The position numbers were made by a program, and so were the translations under genes. From an uncultured Verrucomicrobiae bacterium (lineage in GTDB: Bacteria; Verrucomicrobiota; Verrucomicrobiia; Limisphaerales; UBA8199): DNA of 64,000 nt. Position 1 is the first letter of the stretch. Every line of letters begins with the position of its first letter. The stretch is from the NCBI GenBank assembly GCA_963762555.1, contig CAVXLO010000033.1, positions 2,158 to 66,157 of the forward strand, read 5' to 3'. Under the pieces are notes generated by a model that saw nothing but the letters and a program-made list of their open reading frames with translations, had not been told where the DNA came from and did no database searches. Below, piece after piece: positions 1 to 8,751 of the stretch.

Positions 1-118
1 GTTTCTCCGGGCCGGACGCGCAAGGCAACAGGGGCGCGGAAGGCATATCCTGTCGAAGTAGACAAAATATGCCTGAAGTCACGGGCTGAGGAGGACCTAA
101 CAACTCTTTACCGAAATA

Positions 119-424
119 GTGACGATAGGAAACGATGATTTGCACAAGGCGTCGCCCGCTGATTTGGTAGGATGTTTTAAAAGGGCCTATTATGCCGCGC
201 CGGGCAAGCTCGACGCCCTAAAGACCCGCTTTCGTGACCACACCTGCAAGCTCTTCGAGAAACACGGCATGGTCAACATCGGCTACTGGCTGCCCGTGAC
301 CAACAGCGAGAACAAACTCGTCTATCTCCTGGCCTACCCCAGCCGGGACGCCCGAGAGAAGTCGTGGCAGGAATTCATGGCCGATCCTGACTGGCAGACT
401 GCGGCTAAGTACCCTAATTCATAA
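119..424 (+). pseudogene. NIPSNAP-family protein, 5' part (gene split by IS630-family insertion at 408)
   Basis: The translation ...[32 protein letters not shown]...[28 protein letters not shown] fits the NIPSNAP repeat pattern. The last few codons of the ORF come from the IS. Confidence 0.6.
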
Positions 425-1689
425 GTCCGCGCACGTATTTTTTGTTAAGCCGCCATCCCTAATTCCGTGGGTTTTGGGGTAGCTAACTTGGTTAGGAGTT
501 GATTGAGGTCCTCGCGCGTAAACTTCCACTCGAAGGGCCGTCCGATCGTTTCGAAATGGCGTTCGAATTGCCAAAGGGCGTGGGCGACTTCATCCAGGGA
601 TTTGAAATCGTTTGGCGTGAGCACTTTTCGCTGGATGATGGAAAAGTAAACTTCGACCTGATTGAGCCAACTGCCGTGAACGGGTCCATGGACCAAATGC
701 AGACGGGGGTAACGTTGTTGGAGCCGTTGGACACTGGCCGTTCCGCGATGAGAGGAACCATTGTCCACAATCCAGAACACGCGGCGGGCTTGGGCATAGG
801 GAGGCTGATTCATCACCCGGTCGACCAAGCGATCAAAAGCCACAATGCCGCTTTGCGGTTCGCAGTGGCCGAAAAGCTTGGCCCGATGAACATCCAAGGC
901 GGCCAGGTAAGTAAGCGCTCCGCGCCGCTCGTACTCGTGTTCGACCTTCATCGGTTGGCCGGGTTGGGGTGCCTGGGTAGGATGGATGCGAGCACGGGCT
1001 TGGATGCTGGTCTTTTCATCGGCCGAAATGACGAACTCGTCTGCTTGCAAGGGTTGGCCCTGCCAGACGCGCTGGTAGAGGTCCAGCAAGCGTGCGGCTT
1101 TGGCAGCGAACTGCGGGTCACGGGGAAAAATCCAACAACGGTGAAACCAAGGTCGGATGGCATCCTCATGCAGCCAGCGCCAGAGAGTGCTATCGCTGAT
1201 TTTGGCCACCAACCCGGATTGACAGACCTGCTCGTTCAACTCGGCGAGGCTCCAGCGGGAGAGTGGCAAGCCGAACTGGCTGGGCAACTCGCAGGCCAAG
1301 GCCTTAACCTGCACGACCAGTTCTGGGGGGAAAAGCCCGGGGGCGACCCGGGCGGGGCGGTTCTTCCAGTCCGCGTAAACGCTCGTAGAAGAAGCGTTTG
1401 CGCCATTGACTGACGACTTCACGCCGTGTGTCCAGCCGAGCCGCAATGAGGTCGTTGGGCAGGTTTTGGGCGGCCAGAAGGACGATTCTGGCGCGGAACA
1501 CCTGAAAGTAAGGCAACGTATATTTGGCTGATCTATGTCGGAGTTCTCGCTCCTCATCCTGGGTGAGAACGATAGAGAATTGGCTGTTTCGTGGCATATT
1601 ATCCGCACATGTCCGTGCTGCGACAATATGCCACGATCCGGTCGGTATGGCCAGATCAAATACGTTAGTGTATTTAAGAAACCAAGTAC
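408..1689 (-). mobile_element. IS630-family insertion sequence (1282 bp) with TA target duplication
   Basis: Imperfect terminal inverted repeats, with both arms running AGTAC...ACGTATTT. TA is present at 406-407 and 1690-1691. A DDE transposase lies inside. In-silico excision restores the host reading frame. Confidence 0.8.
445..1597 (-). CDS. IS630-family transposase encoded in two frames (HTH part 1304-1597, catalytic part 445-~1330)
   Basis: The N-terminal frame reads ...LPNDLIAARLDTRREVVSQWRKRF...GRPRAFPP. The second frame reads FPPELVVQVKALACELP...SADEKTSIQAR...WIVDNGSSH...WLNQVEVYFSII. The frames meet at a G6/C6 run (1325-1330). Confidence 0.8.
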
Positions 1690-1691
1690 TA

Positions 1692-1963
1692 AGGAATCGG
1701 AGAAAGATGGCAAGCTCGTCTTGAAAGCGGATTCGGTCTTCCTCTCGGCCACCGACTTCTCCCCCGCGATCAAACCCTCCTCCGCGACCGAACCGCGTGT
1801 GTTCGAGCTGCGCACCTACACCGCCTCACCCGGCAACCTGGACAATCTGCTCACCCGCTTCCGCGGCCACACGTTGAAGCTCTTCGAGAAACACGCCATG
1901 ACGAGTTTCGGCTACTGGACGCCGACCGAAAAGAAGAACGGGGCCGGGGAGAAGCTCATCTGA
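1692..1963 (+). pseudogene. NIPSNAP-family protein, continuation and second repeat, truncated by IS21 left end
   Basis: ESEKDGKLVLKADSVFLSATDFSP...RVFELRTYTASPGNLDNLLTRFRGHTLKLFEKHAMTSFGYW...GAGEKLI. The stop codon TGA is the first 3 nt of the IS21 terminus. Confidence 0.6.
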
Positions 1964-2149
1964 GCGCGGCGGGCTGAAAATGGTGTGATTCTGGTGGTTT
2001 GAAAATGCGGTCTTCTTCCGGTTCCGTCTTCTTCCCGATTCACATCTAAAGCCTCTTCTTCTCTTCTTTTTCCGTTTTCTTCCCCGACCGATCTTCTTCG
2101 CGCTTGCGGGCGTCGAGCTGGGCTTTTAACGGGTGGCGGCTTCAACCTG

Positions 2150-2719
2150 ATGAAGCCCGAAGCGCGCCGTTGCAAGTGTCTGCATTGTAAGATGCTGTTT
2201 GTGCCCGATTACCGAAATCGAGGGCGCCAGAAGTATTGTTCAATTCCGGAGTGCCAACGGGTCAGCAAGCGAGCCAGGCAGCAGCGTTGGTTGAGCAAAC
2301 CCGAAAACCGAGATCATTTCCGCGGTGCGGAGAATGTGCAGCGGGTGCAGGAGTGGCGAAAGGCACATCCAGGTTACTGGAAGCGTTGCCCACGTAAGAC
2401 TGCCCGTACGTTACAAGACGCCTGCTCGGCGCAACCTGCTGTCGTAAAAGAACTTACACCAGTTGCGTTGCCAGCCGCCTGCCCCAGTACGTTACAAGAC
2501 GTCTGCCAGGTACAAACGCCCCTGATCGTGGGGCTGATCTCCAAGTTTACCGACTGTACGTTACAAGACGACATCGTCCTTTTCGTCCGGCGCCTGATAG
2601 CTAAGGGGCAGGACATTCTGGATCAACCTTCCAGCAGGTCCACGAAAGAAAACACGTTATATGATGAACAAAAAGATCCTGCGCCCGGAACGGTTGCGGC
2701 AAGTGCCGGCGCAGTTTAG
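2150..2719 (+). CDS. IS21-associated accessory ORF, Cys-rich zinc-ribbon-like protein with three TLQD repeats
   Basis: The N-terminus CKCLHCKMLF...YCSIPECQ has 2x CxxC. The 15-mer GTACGTTACAAGACG occurs three times, in frame, at 2406, 2487 and 2556. No family recognised. Confidence 0.45.
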   Translation: MKPEARRCKCLHCKMLFVPDYRNRGRQKYCSIPECQRVSKRARQQRWLSKPENRDHFRGAENVQRVQEWRKAHPGYWKRCPRKTARTLQDACSAQPAVVKELTPVALPAACPSTLQDVCQVQTPLIVGLISKFTDCTLQDDIVLFVRRLIAKGQDILDQPSSRSTKENTLYDEQKDPAPGTVAASAGAV

Positions 2720-3059
2720 TTGGGTGGATCAACGACTGGTGCGGGATAACCTCCTGCGCCACGCCGATCCCGCCGCTTGGGCCCTGTATCTGGTGCTGGT
2801 CACCGTCGCCGATGCGCAGGGGCTCAGTTACTACTCCGATGCAACCCTGAGCCGTTTGCTCAAAATGGAGGTGGGGCAACTGGCGCGCTGCCGCCAGCAA
2901 TTGGTGGCGGCCGACTTGCTGGCTTATCAGAAGCCGCTCTATCAAGTGCTGGCCTTGCCGCTGGCCCAAGGGGTGTCTGCGCCAACCGCTCCGCGAACTG
3001 GCCAAGCGCTAAGCTTAGGAGACCTTCTGCGGCGCGCGTGCGAGGGAGGTGCCGCATGA
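2661..3059 (+). CDS. IS21-associated accessory ORF, possible winged-helix protein
   Basis: 132-aa ORF whose stop overlaps the istA ATG (ATGA at 3056-3059). The sequence ...AAWALYLVLVTVADAQGLSYYSDATLSRLL...LLAYQKPLYQVL recalls DnaD/replication-initiator-like wHTH proteins. This is recognised from memory only. Confidence 0.45.
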   Translation: MMNKKILRPERLRQVPAQFSWVDQRLVRDNLLRHADPAAWALYLVLVTVADAQGLSYYSDATLSRLLKMEVGQLARCRQQLVAADLLAYQKPLYQVLALPLAQGVSAPTAPRTGQALSLGDLLRRACEGGAA

Positions 3060-4531
3060 TTGATTATCAGACCTTCCATCAAATCCGGCAGTTGTGCGAC
3101 CACGAACACCTGTCCGTCGCGCAGATTGCGGCGGCGTTGCAGTTGGATGAACGCACCGTGAGCAAATGGATCGACTGCCAAACCTATCAGCCGCGAGCGC
3201 AAGCCAAACGGGCCAGCAAGCTCGATCCACACAAAGGCACGATCGTGCGCCTCCTGGCCACGCATCCCTTCACCGCCCAGCAACTGCTCCAGCGGCTGCG
3301 GGAGAGTGGTTATAGCGGCGGCTACAGCATCCTTAAGGAATATGTGCGCCTCGTACGGCCGCCGCGCCAACCGGCCTTTTTGAAGCTCCACTTTGCTCCA
3401 GGGCAATGCGCCCAGGTGGATTGGGGTTCGGCCGGGTTTTTACCGGTGGGCAGCACGCGGCGGCGGCTCTCCTTTTTCGTCATGGTGCTCTGCTACAGCC
3501 GCCGGCTGTATGTCGAGTTCACCCTGGCGCAGACGCAGGAACACTTCCTGGCCTGCCACCAGCACGCCTTCGAATACTTTAACTCCGTTCCGGCCGAGGT
3601 AATGGTCGACAACTGTAAGACCGCAGTCCTGTCCCATCCGCTGGGCGCCCCGGCCCTGCTGCATCCGCGTTACCTGGACTTCGCCCGCCACTATGGTTTT
3701 GCGGTGAAGGCTTGTGGCCCATACAAACCTCATGAAAAAGGGCGGGTGGAGAACGGCGTGGGTTACTTCAAGAAGAACTTCCTGGCCGGGTTGCAACTCT
3801 CCGGCCTGGACGCACTAAATGCGGCGGTCCGGCAGTGGTTGGACCAAGTGGCCAATGTGCGGGTGCATGGGGAGACGCACCAAAAACCCCTGGACCTCTT
3901 TGAACTGGAAAAGCCCAAGCTGCGGCCTCTGACCGTGCTGCCTTATGATCTGGCTACGGTCAGCACCGTCTCCGTCAGTCGGCGGTGCCGCGTTACCCTG
4001 GACACCAATCACTACTCGGTGCCGCCCCGGTATGCCAACACCAACCTCACCCTCAAGGCCTATCCCGACCGCCTCTGCCTGTATCATCAGGATCAGCTCG
4101 TGGCCGAGCACCCGCGGAGCTATGAGCGACATCGGGACTTCGAAAAGCCGGAGCATGTGCAGGAGCTCCTGGCCCAACGCCGGCAGGCCCGGGCCCAGCA
4201 CCTGCTGACTCGGTTTTTAGCCCTGTCGCCGCACGCGGCGGAGTATTATCAGCGCCTGGATGAAAAGCGGGGCAATCCCCGCCACCATGTGCAGAAGATC
4301 GTCGCCTTGAGCGAGATCTACGGCGTGGAAAAAGTGCAACGCGCCTTGGAAGACGCCTGGGCCTATCAAGCCTTCAGTTGCGAATACATCGCCAACCTGC
4401 TGGAACAGCGGGAGCGGCCCACAGCTCAGCCCGGGGCGCTGCATCTGACCCGCCAGCAAGATCTGCTGGACCTGGACTTGCCGGCCCCGGACTTGTCTCT
4501 CTACCAATCCCAGGAAGGCGGTGAGCCATGA
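3056..4531 (+). CDS. istA: IS21-family transposase IstA
   Basis: Starts MIDYQTFHQIRQL with an HTH. DDE core motifs are QVDWG, VMVDNCKTAV and KPHEKGRVENGVGYFK. The 4-nt overlap with istB is typical. The track ORF start at 2777 is an upstream extension. Confidence 0.9.
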   Translation: MIDYQTFHQIRQLCDHEHLSVAQIAAALQLDERTVSKWIDCQTYQPRAQAKRASKLDPHKGTIVRLLATHPFTAQQLLQRLRESGYSGGYSILKEYVRLVRPPRQPAFLKLHFAPGQCAQVDWGSAGFLPVGSTRRRLSFFVMVLCYSRRLYVEFTLAQTQEHFLACHQHAFEYFNSVPAEVMVDNCKTAVLSHPLGAPALLHPRYLDFARHYGFAVKACGPYKPHEKGRVENGVGYFKKNFLAGLQLSGLDALNAAVRQWLDQVANVRVHGETHQKPLDLFELEKPKLRPLTVLPYDLATVSTVSVSRRCRVTLDTNHYSVPPRYANTNLTLKAYPDRLCLYHQDQLVAEHPRSYERHRDFEKPEHVQELLAQRRQARAQHLLTRFLALSPHAAEYYQRLDEKRGNPRHHVQKIVALSEIYGVEKVQRALEDAWAYQAFSCEYIANLLEQRERPTAQPGALHLTRQQDLLDLDLPAPDLSLYQSQEGGEP

Positions 4532-5277
4532 ACGTCACCGAATCCCGACTCAATGAACAGCTCAATGCCTTACGGCTGCTGACGGTGCAGGAGCATTACG
4601 CGGCTCTGGCCAGCGAAGCGGCCCAGAAACAGTGGACGCATGTGGATTATCTAGCTCGTCTCATCGAGGGCGAAGCCCAGCGTCGACAGGAGTTGGCCAT
4701 CCAGCGCCGTATTGCCGCCGCCCGCTTCCCCTGCATCAAGACCCTCGACCAGTTTGACTGGAACTGGCCCAAGAAAATCAACCGCACCCAGGTGCAGAAC
4801 CTCTTCCGCCTGGCCTTTCTCCCGGAGAAAGCCAACGTGGTTTTCATGGGCGGAGTGGGACTCGGCAAATCGCACCTGGCTAGCGCGTTGGGCTATGCCG
4901 CCTGCCTGGCGAGCCATTCCGTGCTCTTCACCACGGCCGTGGACATCATCAACACCCTCACCGCTGCCCAAGCCGCCTATCGGCTCAAAGCCGAACTCAA
5001 GCGACTGCTGGCCCCGCGGATTTTATGCATTGATGAGGTCGGCTACCTTCCCATCGACAAAACCGGCGCTGATTTGCTCTTCCAGGTCATCAGTCAGCGC
5101 TATGAACGGGGTTCCATCGTGCTCACCACTAACCAGCCTTACAAGCACTGGGCCAGGATCTTCAACAACGACAGCACGCTAACCAGTGCCGTTCTGGACC
5201 GGCTCTTGCATCACGCCGACACCGTCATTATCGAGGGCAAAAGTTATCGGATGAAAGATCAGATCGAAGCCCCGTAA
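4528..5277 (+). CDS. istB: IS21-family helper ATPase IstB
   Basis: Walker A is GGVGLGKSHLA and Walker B is LCIDEVGYL. The C-terminus DRLLHHADTVIIEGKSYR is typical of IstB. Confidence 0.92.
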   Translation: MNVTESRLNEQLNALRLLTVQEHYAALASEAAQKQWTHVDYLARLIEGEAQRRQELAIQRRIAAARFPCIKTLDQFDWNWPKKINRTQVQNLFRLAFLPEKANVVFMGGVGLGKSHLASALGYAACLASHSVLFTTAVDIINTLTAAQAAYRLKAELKRLLAPRILCIDEVGYLPIDKTGADLLFQVISQRYERGSIVLTTNQPYKHWARIFNNDSTLTSAVLDRLLHHADTVIIEGKSYRMKDQIEAP

Positions 5278-5297
5278 ACTCGGCAGTCTTCCTCGCT

Positions 5298-5330
5298 GGC
5301 GACAGGCCCTAAACCCTGTCGCCATTTTTG
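5298..5330 (+). terminator. Rho-independent-type terminator after istB
   Basis: Stem GGCGACAGG / CCTGTCGCC with an 8-nt loop, followed by ATTTTTG. The same structure is present in the inverted copy near 9013-9045. Confidence 0.5.
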
Positions 5331-5401
5331 TGTCACCTCACGAAACCGGCCCAACATTTTCAACCCGCCGCGCTGGCGGCATGACCTCGCCGCCGCCCTC
5401 A

Positions 5402-5712
5402 AAAGGCCACCAACTTCATACCGAAACGTCTTCGTTCGGGCATACGCCCCCCATACGCCGTTCGTAGCCTCTGGTCCCGTTTCGGTTTTGGTAAGAACGG
5501 CGATCGAGAGAGCCGATGTGAGGTCGGCTCGAACCGGGGCGCATCTTTTCCGGCACTCGCTTGCGACCGAAATGCTTCGGCGCGGCGCCTCATTGGATGA
5601 GATCGGACGCGTGCTTCGGCACCGGCATCCTGATACCACGGCAATCTATGCCAAGGTTGATCTCAAAGCTCTCCGGGGTTTGGCTCTGCCTTGGCCGGGA
5701 GGTGCCCAGTGA
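5402..5712 (+). pseudogene. Tyrosine recombinase, RIT trio member A, C-terminal fragment only
   Basis: ...GAHLFRHSLATEMLRRGASLDEIGRVLRHRHPDTTAIYAKVDLKAL carries the HxxR and catalytic Tyr motifs. The N-terminus is removed by the IS21 right end at 5401. Confidence 0.75.
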
Positions 5713-6668
5713 AACCCCTTACGCAACATCTGAGGGACTACCTCGAATTACGCCGCGGGCTGGGGTTCGATCTTGGGCGGGCCGAATCGCGGCTGAAGGG
5801 CTTTCTCAAGTTGATGAAGAAGAAGCGGACAGGGCAGATCACGACAGCTCTGGCATTGGAGTTTGCACTGCGGTCTGATCATCGCTCGCCCTCAACACAA
5901 GCTGGGTGTCTGTCGGCAATCCGCGGGTTTGCTCGATACCTATGCGGCATAGATCCCAAAACCGAGATCCCTCCCGCTGGACTGGTGCGCCAGGGACACC
6001 GCCCTCAACCGTATATCTACTCCGAGGCCGAGATCATCCGGATACTGGATGCGGCTCGCGCGCATCCTTCAACGCCGCGGTATGCTTTAAAGCCGCACAC
6101 CCTTTACTGCTTGTTCGGCTTGTTGAGCGTGACTGGAATGAGGTTGACGGAGGCGCTGAACCTCAAGCGGGAAGATATCGATTGGGTGGAGAGGGTCCTT
6201 TCGGTTGGCCGCTCGAAGTTCCAGAAGTCCCGCCTAGTTCCGCTGCATAAATCAACTCTCTGGCAACTCCGTCACTACCTTAAGCGTCGGGATCGGTTCT
6301 TCGCAGAGCGGCCTTGGCGGCGGCCGGTTAATCGGGTCTTTGTCTCGACCCATGGAGCGGCCCTGACCAACACAGAGATTGGAGAGGATTTTCGAATGCT
6401 GACTCGCCGCATCGGCCTGCGCGTAATCGGCGCCAGTCACGGACCTCGCATTCACGATCTGAGACACCGCTTCGCGGTGGCCACGCTGGTGCGGTGGTAT
6501 CGCACCGGAAAGGACGTTGCTCCATTACTGCCGGTGCTCTCGACTTACCTGGGCCATGTGTTCATCACTGGCACGTACTGGTATCTCACCTGCACGACTG
6601 AGCTTAGCGAAGCTGCAGCAAAACGGCTGGACCGCAGGTGGAAAGGAGCAAACGATGCAAAAGCCTGA
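5709..6668 (+). CDS. Tyrosine recombinase, RIT trio member B
   Basis: The GTG start overlaps the upstream stop (GTGA). MRLTEAL, HDLRHRFA and LSTYLGHVFITGTYWYL are recombinase box motifs. The track start at 5691 (TTG) is an alternative. Confidence 0.8.
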   Translation: MKPLTQHLRDYLELRRGLGFDLGRAESRLKGFLKLMKKKRTGQITTALALEFALRSDHRSPSTQAGCLSAIRGFARYLCGIDPKTEIPPAGLVRQGHRPQPYIYSEAEIIRILDAARAHPSTPRYALKPHTLYCLFGLLSVTGMRLTEALNLKREDIDWVERVLSVGRSKFQKSRLVPLHKSTLWQLRHYLKRRDRFFAERPWRRPVNRVFVSTHGAALTNTEIGEDFRMLTRRIGLRVIGASHGPRIHDLRHRFAVATLVRWYRTGKDVAPLLPVLSTYLGHVFITGTYWYLTCTTELSEAAAKRLDRRWKGANDAKA

Positions 6669-7896
6669 CCTGAGTGCCTTGCTCGAGGCGTTCTTTCACA
6701 AACGGCTCATATCCCAGCGTCGGGTCAGCCCGCATACCATCGCCTCCTATCGGGATACGTTCCGCTTGCTTTTGGTGTTTGCTCAACAGCTGCTGAACCG
6801 ACCTCCTTCAGAACTGGCACTCAAAGATCTTAGTCCATCACTGGTGAGCGACTTCTTGGATCAGCTTGAGGCCAAACGGGACAATACGGCACGCACGCGT
6901 AATCTCCGTCTGGCGGCCATCCGTTCATTCTTTCGATTCGTTGCACTGGAAGCCCCGGAGCAGAGCGGCATGATCCAGCGGGTACTGGCTATACCGAGCA
7001 AGCGATGCCAGCGCCCACTGATCGGGTTCTTGACGCGAGCAGAAGTCGAAGCGCTGCTTGGGGCTGTAGACTGCAAGACCTGGCTGGGCCGTCGCGATTA
7101 CGCCCTGCTGCTAGTTGCCATGCAAACCGGCTTGCGCTTGTCGGAACTCACCGGGCTCTGCCATGAGGATGTTACGCTTGGGCCCGGTGCACACATCCAA
7201 TGCGTCGGGAAAGGTAGGAAGCAGAGGTGCACTCCCATATCCAAAACCACGCGCCGCGTGTTGGAGGCCTGGATTAAGGAACCCTGGCCATTGACCAGCC
7301 AGTTCCTCTTCCCCAGCCTTTCGGGAGGGAGGCTCAGTGCCGACGCCGTCCAAGACTTGGTGAACAAACATGTAGCGGCAGCTCGGGTGAAATGTCCGTC
7401 GTTGGTCAAAAAGCGGGTCACACCACATTGGCTTCGCCATACCGCCGCCATGGAGTTGCTGCAGGCCGGCATTGATCGGGCCATGATCGCGCTTTGGTTG
7501 GGGCACGAGTCGGTGGAAACCACGCAGATCTACCTTGATGCCAATCTGGCACTGAAGGAGGAGATCCTCGCCAAGGCGCAACCCATTAACGGAAAACCAG
7601 GCCGTTATCGCCCCACCGACCGCCTGCTTGCGCATGCTCAGCAACCTCTAACCAGCGCCTCCGGATTATGCCGGGCCGAAAGCCATTCCGGCCCGCTATT
7701 CAGGGGCAAATCTCCCACCGCCCGGCATAATCCGGTTCCCGGCATAATGCCCAACCCGGGGGGGCCCACCAGAATGAGGCTGGGTGAGAGTTTGCTGGCG
7801 ACCATCTCCACCGCCTGGGACAGGAGAGTCAGACTCTCGTGGATGGGCGGAAGAGGCAGGGCTCTGCGCTGCGCGGCCATCGGGCCAGATGGGTGA
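6655..7896 (+). CDS. Tyrosine recombinase, RIT trio member C (ORF runs ~80 codons past the expected C-terminus)
   Basis: The ATG overlaps the ritB-like stop. Motifs include SPHTIASYRDTFRLLL, GLRLSEL, HWLRHTAAMELLQ and LGHESVETTQIYL. The tail from ~7650 lies in the element's terminal repeat region. Confidence 0.8.
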   Translation: MQKPDLSALLEAFFHKRLISQRRVSPHTIASYRDTFRLLLVFAQQLLNRPPSELALKDLSPSLVSDFLDQLEAKRDNTARTRNLRLAAIRSFFRFVALEAPEQSGMIQRVLAIPSKRCQRPLIGFLTRAEVEALLGAVDCKTWLGRRDYALLLVAMQTGLRLSELTGLCHEDVTLGPGAHIQCVGKGRKQRCTPISKTTRRVLEAWIKEPWPLTSQFLFPSLSGGRLSADAVQDLVNKHVAAARVKCPSLVKKRVTPHWLRHTAAMELLQAGIDRAMIALWLGHESVETTQIYLDANLALKEEILAKAQPINGKPGRYRPTDRLLAHAQQPLTSASGLCRAESHSGPLFRGKSPTARHNPVPGIMPNPGGPTRMRLGESLLATISTAWDRRVRLSWMGGRGRALRCAAIGPDG

Positions 7897-8057
7897 GCAG
7901 GTGGGAGTTCCGTGTCAGCTTGCGACCATCCTCCGCCAGGAAGGTGACTTGGGACCCATGCACGAGGCTGACGACGCCCTTGGATGTCGGTTCCGTTGTC
8001 CCGGAGCAGAACCTCGTCGCCGGGCTGAAAAATGGGTGGAGGCATAAAGCGGTTCAA
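7638..8057 (-). pseudogene. Small unknown ORF, frame-disrupted
   Basis: MNRFMPPPIFQPGDEVLLRDNGTDIQG continues plausibly only in another frame (VVSLVHGSQVTFLAEDGRKLTRNSHLL). The listed 139-aa ORF tail overlaps the RIT end. Confidence 0.3.
7661..7752. repeat. Terminal repeat structure at the right end of the RIT element
   Basis: CCGGATTATGCCGGGC (7661-7676) and its perfect inverse GCCCGGCATAATCCGG (7720-7735), plus a third direct CCCGGCATAATGCCC (7738-7752). Confidence 0.6.
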
Positions 8058-8751
8058 TCGGGCAGCCCAATGTCGCGGCGCGTGATGCCGGTTACCGTTT
8101 CGCCTCGGGCCAGGACGCGAGCGATCTCCTTCTTGAGCTCATGCGCTGGTGAGCCGGGCTGGACTTTGCCATTCCAGAGGGCCTTCGGGTCGGTGAGGCC
8201 CAACCATCGGGAGGGAAGCGGCGATGTCGATGCGCCCGCTGGCATCTCGCGGGAGGGGCAGTGCGCTGCTGTCTTGCGCCGCCGAAACCTTGGTCCGCGG
8301 GTTGCGGTAGGTGTGGTCTCCGGCTTGGGCGGGCGCAATGGTGCAGGCGGACGCTCGGTGTCAGGGTTCGCGCCGGGCGAAAGGCCCTCCAGACCCAGGC
8401 GACACTCGATTCGCAGGCCAGGACGGGTTTGCGGCCGATGGCGCCTACCACTCGCTTGAGCGCCGCCCCGGCGCTCCCCGAAGGGTATTTCTGCTGCCAG
8501 AGGACCGCCACATCCTTGAGTCCGAACATCCGGAGGGCCGCGTCCGCATCGAGGGTCCCTCGGGCGGTGCGCGGCAGGAGGTCGGCTGGCTTGTGGAGGT
8601 CGGCCAAGGGAAGGAGTGCGGGCGGGACCATGACCGTTGGTCGTCGTGACTTTACGGGTTTTGCTGGCGGCGCCGCAGGTGGTCCCGAGAGCGTTGCCGG
8701 CAAGTCTCTTTGAATTTCAAACAGGGTCAGTCCGAGGATTTTGATTTTCAT
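8054..8751 (-). pseudogene. Unknown ORF, frame-disrupted after ~125 aa
   Basis: MKIKILGLTLFEIQRDLP... (8092-8751 frame) switches to the 8054-8338 frame (...WLGLTDPKALWNGKVQPGSPAHELKKEIARVLARGETVTGITRRDIGLPD). No family recognised. Confidence 0.3.

Larger units (their letters stand above)
1961..5401 (+). mobile_element. IS21-family element, complete, 3441 bp, four ORFs
   Basis: Termini are TGAGCGCGGCGGG (1961) and the reverse complement TGAGGGCGGCGGC (5401), with an inner repeat AGCGCGGCGGG(C/T)TGAAAATG at both ends. istA and istB overlap by ATGA. No flanking direct repeat. Confidence 0.85.

Noticed and set aside
445-1815. 456-aa ORF listed as a single product.
   Set aside because: Only the C-terminal ~295 aa (from ...FPPELVVQ) are transposase. 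The N-terminal part is out of frame relative to the real HTH exon (1304-1597) and runs beyond the IS boundary at 1689.
2777-3055. 93-codon N-terminal extension of the IstA ORF. The 6517-6654 extension of the third recombinase ORF is similar.
   Set aside because: The extensions overlap upstream genes in another frame and have Gly/Ala/Arg-rich junk composition. Canonical family N-termini (MIDYQTFHQIRQL; MQKPDLSALLEAFF) start at internal ATGs that overlap the upstream stop codons.
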